From the NCBI GenBank assembly GCA_003344405.1, contig NOWV01000022.1, positions 310,001-374,000 of the forward strand: 64,000 bases of DNA, written 5' to 3'. Under the pieces are notes generated by a model. That model was not told the DNA's origin. It did not search any database and worked only from the letters and a program-made list of their open reading frames with translations. Source of the stretch: Trichoplax sp. H2 (taxonomy: Eukaryota). The position numbers and the translations under genes were made by a program. This document shows positions 53,081 through 64,000 of the stretch, piece by piece (the stretch's first letter is position 1; every line of letters starts with the position of its first letter).

Positions 53081-54990
53081 ATGACCATCGAAAGTGATTG
53101 TATCTTTGATAATCTACCTAATTTTAGGCCTGTAGTGGACGAAGAATGTAAAAAGCGTTATAATATCGTCAACAATGCTATCTATCGTTCGTCGAGGACA
53201 GATTGGGTAACACAATCTGATGTTGATCGTCTCTTAAATCATTACAATATCAAGACGATTTTGGATATTCGCTCTGCTAAAGAATATCAACGAGCGAATG
53301 GTAGTAAATTACTACACTCTGCATTCAATATAGTTCCATTTTATCCTGATACACTTGGTAAATATGAAGGCAGCCTGTATTCGATGTTGATTCACAAGCC
53401 CAAGAATACACTTCAGTATAATGTCAATGTTCGAAATCGTTTCTTGATCGATTTCTTTACCAGTGAAGTCATCTTAACGAATTTCTTTCGCGTATCCATT
53501 GGCCTTCGACTTTTTTCATTACTACTCCTCCTTATCGACAAGTTATTCCATACCAATTTTTTTATGAAAACTTTTGCCTTTTTTCTATTCAACGATCGAG
53601 GTCTACTCAATCAATATATCGATATGGTGGAGCATTGCAAGCCAGCAATAGCAGCTTGTATGAAATTGATCAATCGCCAGGAATTATACCCAATGTTAAT
53701 TCATTGTGCCCATGGCAAAGATCGTACTGGAATTATCGTCGCTTTGCTACTGGCTTGTTGTGGAGTCGATGACGAAACTTTAGTCAACGAATATGCTAGA
53801 TCAGAGGTAAGAATCATGCCAGCAGTCTCCAAACTGAAGTCAAATTATCATGGATTGAATCGAAGTGTTGACGCTATGAACAATCTACAGACGATTGATT
53901 GATTTCCTATCGATCAGACAGAAGGCAAAAAATGATGTATAGTAGTTAGCCACGTTTATCATCCACCACAATCGACTATTACAGTAGTACTATAAATTAC
54001 CATTTTAATTTCAATCCAACTATGTTGATATGGATACAGTTAATTAAATTATATCTTTAATCCATACGTACAATACAGTAATTTAGCCATCAACAGTGAC
54101 TTGACGCTATTTTTCCCAACAAATAAATTACGTTTAATCGATACAAGCTACTGTTGCACGATACGATCAATTTGCATCAATGAAAATTTCCAACTAGCCG
54201 ATACATCATCATTAGATTGCTACCTTTGAGTAAGGTTTACACAAATAATAATCAATAAAATTACGTCAATCGATACTAGCTACTGTTGCACTATGCCATC
54301 AATGTTATCAATTTGCATCAATGAAAATTTAAAACTAGCCGGATACATTATCATCGTTACATTGTAACTTTGAATAAGGCTTATATAAACAATAATCAAT
54401 GCGATATCATCTTGTTTCTTAGGCTGGATTAAATCCTATCAAGAAGCGCGTTTATGCTGAGATATGCACTACTTTAGGGCTTAAGCACACCTTTACTCAT
54501 GCCAATTCCGAAACAATGCGTAATTTATTGGGCTATATTCATAAAAAGTTAGTATTCATTGTGGATGCAAATTTTTTTTATTTGCCCTTGAATTATTTCT
54601 CCTATCATATTAGCAAATTGACTCTTTATTAATAAAGTATTAAACATTAGATTTACTTTATTGTAAGTTATCAGTCGATGCAGTAAACGTGAATTACCTA
54701 CATTATAGTTTATTCTATGCTATTCTGTTCTAATCCTAAAAAATGTAGTTAAATATACAGTACGAAAAAAACTGCCATAGAACTAGAAGATAGTAATTTG
54801 CAGACTCGTATGAAAAAGACTTGTTCTTAATGACTAGCGTTACATCAAATATCAAGGAGATCTAATGCTAATCGAATTCCATAAACGTCGATTTTATAGA
54901 TATGGCTCTGTTAGGAAATATTTAGAATCGACCGGATTTAGCTACGAAGAGCAAGATCAGCTGAAAAGCAATTTAATGTTAAAATCTTGA
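53081..54990 (+). CDS. Tyrosine/lipid phosphatase of the MptpB/IphP-like (Y_phosphatase3) family. Exons: 53081-53806, 54423-54547, 54900-54990
   Basis: LPNFRPV, IYRSS, IKTILDIRSAKE, P-loop LIHCAHGKDRTG, EYARSE and C-terminal KYGSVRKYLESTGF. Confidence 0.88.
54122..54400. repeat. ~135-bp imperfect tandem duplication in phosphatase intron 1
   Basis: aaattacgt..aatcgatac.agctactgttgcac.at...atcaatttgcatcaatgaaaattt..aactagccg occurs twice. Confidence 0.75.
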
Positions 54991-55756
54991 TTACGTTTAA
55001 AAACGGTAATGATTTCAGCTAATTACAGTAGTTATGTGCTATTAATTAAGGACGCAGTAGTCGATANNNNNNNNNNNNNNNNNNNNATTTATTGGGCTAT
55101 ATTCATAAAAAGTTAGTATTCATTGTGGATGCAAATTTTTTTTATTTGCCCTTGAATTATTTCTCCTATCATATTAGCAAATTGACTCTTTATTAATAAA
55201 GTATTAAACATTAGAGTTACTTTATTGTAGGTTATCAGTCCATGCAGTAAACGTGAATTACCTACATTATAGTTTATTCTATGCTATTCTGTTCTAATCC
55301 TAAAAAATGTAGTTAAATATACGAAAAAAACTACCATAGAACTAGAAGATAGTAATTTACAGACTCGTATGAAAAAGACTTGTTCTTAATGACTAGCGTT
55401 ACATCAAATATCAAGGAGATCTAATGCTAATCGAATTCCATAAACGTCGATGACATGGACACGTCAGAAATACGCGTATTAGTACTGTAATATAGTAACC
55501 TAAGTTCCACCCACTATCATATATATATATAGTACCGCACGCCTGCAAGATAACATTAAAAGTCTGCTTTATATTAACTTACTTTATAGATATGGCTCTG
55601 TTAGGAAATATTTAGAATCGACCGGATTTAGCTACGAAGAGCAAGATCAGCTGAAAAGCAATTTAATGTTAAAATCTTGATTACGTTTAAAAACGGTAAT
55701 GATTTCAGCTAATTACAGTAGTTATGTGCTATTAATTAAGGACGCAGTAGTCGATA
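54523..55756. other. Gap-flanking near-identical duplication (54523-55066 vs 55087-55756), probably two uncollapsed alleles
   Basis: Copies are separated by a 20-N gap. The second copy carries an extra ~130 bp (~55451-55582) and a few SNPs. Confidence 0.8.
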
Positions 55757-58673
55757 CCAAATTTTAGCTACTTATCAACTGCTGCATAAGTGCTATATAT
55801 AATGGTATCAGTTACTTGATCTACTGGTATTTTACTCATTGTAGTACCATCATTTTTTAGATACTATCAACTCATTGTATCTATCTTATCTAATTGTTTG
55901 CACACTCTGTAATTGTTGTATCTTGCCAGTAAAACTAATCATTGTTAACTAGATCAAAGCGACCTGCAGAAGTATTATCTAAAAACTAAAACTATCATGA
56001 AATTGATCATGTATAATTGATAATGATCTACTTTTAACGCTCACGTAATTGCGCATTTACGCATATTCCTAGTAATTATCATAGAACCATTTTGACAAGC
56101 CTTTAGACCTTTTCTTTATTTTGCATAACTATCATAAACTGAAACTGCAAAGTTTATGTAGAACTATTTAATTAACTTTTAAACCCTTTCTTCACTTTGC
56201 GCAACTATAACAAGTGAAATGTAAAATTTATCTAGTTATAAATTTTTCATGATATTGAATCCATCGTTGTATAAATGATTTATAATCAAATCTTAACCAA
56301 TATAATTTATAATATATCTGAATAGCATCATGGCTTTTTTTGTAATAATATCTTTTTATTATTTGTCTCATAGCAAGTATTAACCTGCTATTCTATAGAT
56401 CATATATTGATCGCCGAAGCAATAGTTTATTATAAAATACGTATAGGCATTTTTATTGTCTGCTGTTACAGTTTTTAATCGCTGCTCGGATTTTATTTTA
56501 CGCTAATCGAAGAACTCTCTTATTTTTACGTAATCTGTGCATGAAATCAGAAAACTTCAAGTATACGCGTATACAATATGAATGTATGAGATTAAGAATT
56601 TGTAACTATTCAATCGAAGTGAATTTAAAAGTATTTAATAAAAACCTGTATAACACCGCTACGAAATCGAATTTGGATAGTTTTTATCCTTAATGAATTT
56701 TGCAATATGCGATATGGCTATTAAGCCATAGAAAGTATTTTAATTTTGAATTTGCCTAGGTTTCTCTAAAAATTTGATAGCATGATTTAATAAATAGTAT
56801 TGACCAAGACCGGACCTGCACCGGTGTACTGAGGAGAGTAGACTAGCAGGAAACATAGTTTAATCAAAATCTCTATATTTCTGATTTGATACATTTTAAT
56901 ATACGCGTGCAGAAACTGCAAACTTAATGTCCTTACGACATTCTTTATTTACAAGATATTTTACATTAGCGAAAAAGACGACTTAGTTTGGGTTACGTTA
57001 TACGTCAAGGTCATACGATATTTTGCAACCTTCATATGAGTCTTGCTACAAAAAATTGACAATTTCAAATTACTATACATTTAAGCATTTAAAGTTTATG
57101 GTAACTTTTGGCGATACCCATACAGAGTATATTCAGTAAATGGATTTATACGAAATTAAATATGTGTATGGAATCGAAATTGGGCACAGCTTACTATTAT
57201 AATGCTTCAATAATGCATGAGTGCTAATTCACTCGTTATAGCAGCAAACCAAGTTCCCGACAATTTGCTGCCCTATATTATGACGCCTCAGTAATCAATT
57301 CAATCCATTACGCTATATGGCCTTCGGTATTATAAATAGATTATCATATATGCTAACATTCTATAACAAAGCATTATTTTCCTTGAAGTACTGTATTGAC
57401 ATCATTAAAACAATGAATAACTAAAATTATACATTAAAAATTTAGATGATTCTAGTCGATTAGATTTACGGGCTACTACTTACTGTCAACAGGTCACGAA
57501 TATTATGATATTGACTTAATCTGGCTTCCATTAATTTAAGCTATAGAGTGTGAACAATATCATTCCCAAGCCAGAGGGAACATATGTTGAGAAGTTTTAT
57601 TGATTAATTTGCCGGTAACATATGGAAATTGAATGCGGGCGGAACCAGCATCATCTAGAAATCTTTTGTTTGCAAATGTGTAATACTTCTATAAACTGCA
57701 ACTTAGCATTGATTTGTTTAGTAAGGGCGGTGTTTCTTTAATATTTGATGACATAGCACACTTAGCATGCGTAAAATATAAGTATAGTTTCGTCATCACC
57801 TTTCCCTACAATTTTGTATTCTTAGTAATCATAAAATTATTGGAGATTGAACAGCAGTAAAACGGTATCATCCTTTAGACTTTAAAGTATTTGAAGCTAG
57901 GCGTGCTGTCATCATAAAATGAGAAATAAGATGGTTTCAATTCATTATCCGGTAAGAATTTCTAGATAGCCATGAATGTTAAAACTTGTTATTTTGAGAA
58001 TATTGAGTATTGTTGATCGTTTCCTATTATTCTTTTATATGATATCTCCACCTAAATCATTTTTGCTATGATCTACTAGTACAATTAAGTTTTAGTACGC
58101 TATTATCATTATACTTTTCACCGGCTGCTATTCTCACGCCATCTTCTTGAAAATATCCATTACTGTTTGATCATAGTATCAGGTATAAATATAGAATAAT
58201 AAAATAGTTATTATTTCAAGGGGATAAATCTCAAATAGAAAATATACACTATTTCATCCAGAATGTAGAAATACGAGCATATCTTCAAACTTTAAATTTA
58301 AGAGGATAATATCTCCATCAGTCTTATATTAAATGTTCAGTTGAGGAAATAATCAATGAAATGGAGACAAATTTATTAATCCAGTTGTACCAATTGATAT
58401 TTAGCATAATATTAGGCTACTTTCGTTTACCCGATATATTACATTTCTGTATCGTGTTAAAATAAAATTTATAATAACATTATGGCATAAGCAGGGTGTA
58501 AATTTCGTCTCAATGACGATGGTTAATTTCCTAACGATATATTAAAAGAACTCCTATAATATCTTTTTCCTGTACTTACTTGTTACGCTCACCTTAGATA
58601 GATTGTAAAGCATCGTATCGTACAGTATTCGAACATTTTCTCCTTTAACGTCCCTTACTTCATGTAAAGGCCA

Positions 58674-59997
58674 CTACTATAGCTATAAAGATCGATTTGG
58701 TCGTTCCTTGTTAAAAAATCAAAATATGGCTCATATAGTTTACCATTCCCATCAGACGCAGGCTAACATCGCAAATATGTTTTATAGAGACTACTAACAC
58801 GACTTACCGTAAGTTTTCCCTTCTTTATGATAAGAGAGCATGGACAATCCGATATGATAGTAGGTTTCAAATATGGACCACTAAAATATCAATTTTAGTA
58901 GTCCTTGGATTTCCAATTATTTGAAATTTTGCAATCGAGAAGGATATTAATTCATAGGAGAATCTGCTCGCTTATAAAGCAGGAAATACCCCCCCCCCTT
59001 CCTCACTAGAGCATCTCCTACTTTAATCTATCAAAAAGTAATAGTGAATAAATAGCAAATTTTCAAGACATCCTTACGTTACTTTACGTTAAGAGAAAAG
59101 ATCTGATATAAGAAGGTTTACCGATATACAGTACATACGGCTGCCATATTCCATAATTTGTTCACAGTAACTGACAAAATAAGTAACAGTAGTAACAATA
59201 GTAATATCTTGCCTAGGTAAAGCNNNNNNNNNNNNNNNNNNNNCTACTATAGCTATAAAGATCGATTTGGTCGTTCCTTGTTAAAAAATCAAAATATGGC
59301 TCATGTAGTTTACCATTCCCATCAGACGCAGGCTAGCATCGCAAATTTTTTTTATAGAGACTACTAACACGACTTACCGTAAGTTTTCTCTTCTTTGTGA
59401 TAAGAGAGCATGGACAATCCGATATGATAGTAGATTTCAAATATGGACCACTAAAATACCAATTTTAGTAGTCCTTGGATTTCCAATTACAGAAATGTCT
59501 TTTGTATCATCTCTGAAAGGCAGTGTAGTAGTTCGTATTTGTCTTCAAGTCGGATAGTTTGCATTTAGAGGTAACGTTTTAGGAAATATTCTCTACTGGA
59601 TTGCATTGGCTGATAGCTTACTGTGCTAACCTTAGTTTGATATAACATGAAATTTTTAAAAATATAGAATTAAAGCAATGTAAAGTTTAAAATATTTGAA
59701 ATTTTGCAATCAAGAAGGATATTAATTCATAGGAGAATCTGCTCGCTTATAGCAGGAAATACCCCCCCCCCCACCTCACCAGAGCATCTCCTACTTTAAT
59801 CTATCAAAAAGTAATAGTGAATAAATAGCAAATTTTTTAAGACATCCTTACGTTACTTTACGTTAAGAGAAAAGATCTGATATGAGAAGATTTACCGATA
59901 TACAGTACATACGGCTGCCATATTCCATAATTTGTTCACAGTAACTGACAAAATAAGTAACAGTAGTAACAATAGTAATATCTTGCCTAGGTAAAGC
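58674..59997. other. Gap-flanking near-identical duplication (58674-59223 vs 59244-59997), probably two uncollapsed alleles
   Basis: Copies are separated by a 20-N gap. The second copy carries an extra ~200 bp (~59490-59693). Confidence 0.8.
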
Positions 59998-60916
59998 TTA
60001 AGAGTAGCGTCTGTTACTTTTAATTTTAAAAAAGTTGTTAGAGCAAGAAAAACTACCGGTTACATTAAACTTTAAAGATTAGGAGAAAATTGGATGCTGG
60101 TATATTCGCTATACGAGCCTGCTAGAACTAATAGTTCACATCAAATATAAGGCTTTCGATTTTCCAGATATTTTGTGGATAAGAATGGAATTGTAGTATA
60201 GTTTTGCCTGCAAGTTTTAATTTCAAAAGTTGTTAGGAAATTATAAAGCGCACATTTTCGTTTTCGAAAGTTTAACCTGATAGTCTTTACGATACTGAAA
60301 TTCCTAAAACCCTAACCTTTAAGATTTAGTTTTATTAATCTTTCAGAGCTGGCATTTGTCTAGATAGCAAGTATCTTAGCATGGTTCCGATTACTTCCCT
60401 AAGATGGGCAGAATGATATGTTTATATTTCTTACCAAAGGCTCAACCTTAATAAACTTAGCAATATTGAATGTATGATCCCTACCAGATTAAATACTATC
60501 GATCTCTTAGAAATTATATTTTAAAAGGATTATACTGTAACATGATAATTAGTTGACGTAAATTTTTATTTAATATGAAATGTATTTCCTCTAAATTTTT
60601 CGTAGGCAGTAAATTAAATAATAAGTATCACTTAGAAATCGTACATTCCTTGCTGAAATATTACTGCATACACTCATAAGAAAACTGAGCTATAAAAACT
60701 AACATCATTGTGTAAGAGGATTAAGCGATAAAAATATTGCAAACTTTAATTTAGTATCGGTAATATTCTATTCGATTTATATTAATCGAAGAAGGCATTC
60801 TTATTTTAGGCGATATTTTATGACTACTTATATATATTACTAATAAATTGGATCAAATTACATACATTTTTGAATTTTATTCTAGATACTAAGGCAAAAT
60901 AATTGTTATTAGCAAC

Positions 60917-63716
60917 ATGGATGATAAACTATATCGTCAGGCGAGTTTTATGACTCGTCGACGCCGCCGTAAAGAGAATGAATTGGTTCAAGCATTACGC
61001 GAGGATATTAGCGATTGGATCGCTCGACTCTTCCCCAGTCTTCCTATTCAAGCGGATAACTTTCACGATGCTATAGCTAATGGTACTGTTCTATGTCAGT
61101 TAGCTCAATTAATTGAAGAGGCGCAATTAAAAATTGGTGAAAAAATTGATAAGAATTTACGAATTCAAATGAATAAAATTGCAATGATGGGAGGAAGAAG
61201 TTTAGTAAAATTTAAAGCCCGAGAGAATGCATTATCATTTATTCGTTGGTGTCAGAATCGTGGTATTAACAAATCAGTTATGTTTGAACCAGATGATTTA
61301 GTTGAACAGCGTGATCAACGCCAAGTTATAATATGCTTAATGGAAGTTTCCAGATTAAGCGTTCGCTATGGGATTGAACCTTGTAAATTGGTCCAGTATG
61401 AAATGGAAATTGATGCAATCGAGAAACAGGAAAAAGAAGAATCACAATTAATGCAGCAAACATCCAGCCTCCATTGCAGCAGACATCTTCAAGATCAAAA
61501 TGACGGGATACAAGAATCGACAGTGCAAGAATGGCATCATAAACATAGAAAAAATAGAGCTAAGATTAAAAGAAGAAAGAGTAAACGAGATCCAAATCGT
61601 CTTCGTCATGATAATCAAACGACAGTACAACAGAATCAGATTCCATCACATCGTAAACGTTCAAGCCAAGAAAATACAGAAATTTCCGTTATTTATACTC
61701 AAACATCAATATTTAAAGAACAAAAACCAAATAAATTGATCAATGCGAAAGGTTCACCTCGGAAAATTGTATCGTCAAATAGATCCGAAAATGTCGAAAC
61801 AGAATCTACAGATTTAAACGAAATATTCGCTAAAAATATGAAAAAAGCCTTCGGTATCGTCACTACTCCACCCAATAATGAAAACCGTGATCAAGAAAAT
61901 AAAGTTAATCTTGTAAATGATCAAGCTAAAGTCCAATCGTATACTAGACAAAATTCCACTGCTGATCAAAGCTATAATTGTGATCAGCAAGTTAATAGTA
62001 GCCAACCTGAGTTAGTTCATAATAATCGATCTTATCCTATACCATCTTCTTATAACTCGTCATCAAATGCGACCGAATCGACGCCTAAACATGGTCGAAC
62101 GGAAATTACCTCAAAATATCCTTCATCGTCAGTCAATACTAATACAACAATAAATCAGAGTAATAATACATCAAGTCATCAATTGGTATCAGAACATAGT
62201 GAAGAATATTGGGATGATGAAGAAATTGAAGAGCAATTATCCAAATTTTCTATTAAGGAAGAATCAAGTAAACAAGACAGCCAAGACTTAGAATATACTA
62301 TACCTAACGTAACTTTGAATCACCCTGATAAAATTCAATTGACTAATATCAATTCTCAGTCTAATTTAATCGATAATGAGATATCATCTTCAGATACAAT
62401 CGATTATTCATTGGGAATTAATCGAGAAAGGAAAAGATCTACAGGTGAAGATAGTTTTATTTTTGATGAAGAAATGATGCAAAGAGAAGCTTCCATTGCA
62501 TCAGAAGCTGTGCTCGATCACTATGAAGTCGGCCAGGAACAGCAACAACAACAGCATTGGTTACAAAATCAATTAGAAGGCAGAAGCAGTCGAATTGGTA
62601 GATTACATCAAAATGAAACTGCTAGTTTAGACGATGATGACTATGAAGATGACGATACATACGAAGAGGACTATGAAGATGAGGAAGAATATGATGGTGA
62701 AGGAGATATCGTACCGCTAACATCAGTTTTGCATAAAAACGTAAGATCATCAAGATTTTATATAATCCCTCATAATTTCAAAATGAGGATTATATCTGTA
62801 CTTTATAGTGCTACTTATAAATGGAAAGGAATCAAAACCTATGTAATATTCCTGTGATAAACATTATCTACTGATGTAGAAAAATTTTTATATGAAGATT
62901 TTAATTTTTTCTTTCAATAACTAAATTAATTTTGTTCTATCGTGTGGCTGCATTTCTTCATTTATTAATTATGTATAAGTTAATTTATGAAAGATTTTGG
63001 AACCTTAAAATTATTTTATGTCATACTACATGGCCTTATTAAAAATCGATTCTAATATCAATAGGTATGGAAAATTGTGAATTCAGTCCAAGCCAATGTT
63101 GACATCATACAAATGAAGGAAGGAAAATACAAAATATTTGATAAAATTGTCTTCGTTAGGGTGAGTTTATTAGATTACCGTACTAATTTATGTTAATAAA
63201 CTAAATTCTTGATAACGGCATTAAAAATCTTAAGTTTGTAACGATGCATGAAGTAAATGGTAGCTTATCGAGAAAGAATTATCTTAATCGGAGTACTAAG
63301 CAACAGAAAATCAGTTCCGTTACTAGTAATATCGTGATATTCGTTTAAAATTAGTTTTTAACCTTGAAACATTTGATAACATTATGATAGAAATAAGTAT
63401 TTCTTTTTTATTAAACTAAAATCTATAGATGCTAAATGAGCACGTTATGGTTCGTATTGGCGGAGGATGGGATACGTTAGAGCATTACATCACCTTCCAT
63501 ATGTCTTTACGAAAGAATAAATCAATTTTGAAAACTAGAGATATAGATGAAGTAAGATCAGATATTAAAGCCAATTCAAGCTTAATTAGCTATTCAAGGC
63601 CAAAAAGAACTTCCTTTGGTGGTTCACTTGGTAGTCGAGACCAACTCGGAGCTAGTACATTATCTCTACAAAGTAGCGGCTCCTTTAGTGAATTTCATCC
63701 AAAGTTAAAGCTTTAA
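60917..63716 (+). CDS. GAS2-family actin-microtubule cross-linker (N-terminal CH domain, C-terminal GAR domain). Exons: 60917-62740, 63065-63160, 63429-63716
   Basis: CH domain: EDISDWI...NGTVLCQLA...FKARENALSFIRWC...MFEPDDLV...VIICLMEV...P.KLVQYEMEID. GAR domain: EGKYKIFDKIVFVRMLNEHVMVRIGGGWDTLEHYI. Confidence 0.9.
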
Positions 63717-64000
63717 ATATTCATATCCAAATGTACAGTTTCATCTGGCTTTAAACTTAGACTAGAATTGACAAAACCTATATTATTATCCATTGATACA
63801 TCAAATATTTTCATCATAAATTCTAATATGACTCAATTTATCATTTTTCATAAAAATTTCGATATCAAATCATCATAATAGGCATCAACGAAATTGGCAT
63901 TATACGTATCCATTAAAATTCGTTACGATATGCTAATTAGTTTTAGACCGATAAACGAAAATTTATTGCTTGCTAAATCTAGAGCCTAAATGGATGTTGC

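Noticed and set aside
55590..55680. Alternative duplicated terminal exon of the phosphatase
   Set aside because: Identical to 54900-54990 and adjacent to an N-gap, so best explained as the second allele.

Overview
AT-rich, intron-rich eukaryotic genomic DNA with short GT-AG introns. It looks like a compact early-branching animal genome, possibly placozoan (Trichoplax-like), but that is only an inference. Gene models reconstructed by hand, in order: a possible divergent gene start at the left edge (-), POLDIP2 (+), an SLC6/NSS amino-acid-type transporter (+), proline dehydrogenase PRODH (+), ROGDI (-), a nonsense-disrupted Tc1/mariner DD41D/rosa-like transposase with DD43D spacing (-), a trypsin pseudogene (+), an intact trypsinogen with a VDDDK|IVGG activation site (+), an MptpB-like HCxxGKDRTG phosphatase (+) and a GAS2-like CH+GAR protein with an unusually long linker (+). 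Non-coding structure includes two related ~550-bp solo-LTR-like insertions with 5-bp target-site duplications, several palindromic MITE-like elements and a ~250-bp repeat family. A 183-bp near-perfect inverted repeat pair brackets the intact trypsin gene, and two N-gaps are flanked by allelic duplications. The most striking pattern is dense arrays of TA-CAG-TA / TA-CTG-TA units near gene 5' ends, which parse like serially accumulated Tc1/mariner excision footprints. All protein identifications come from recalled motifs, not database searches.
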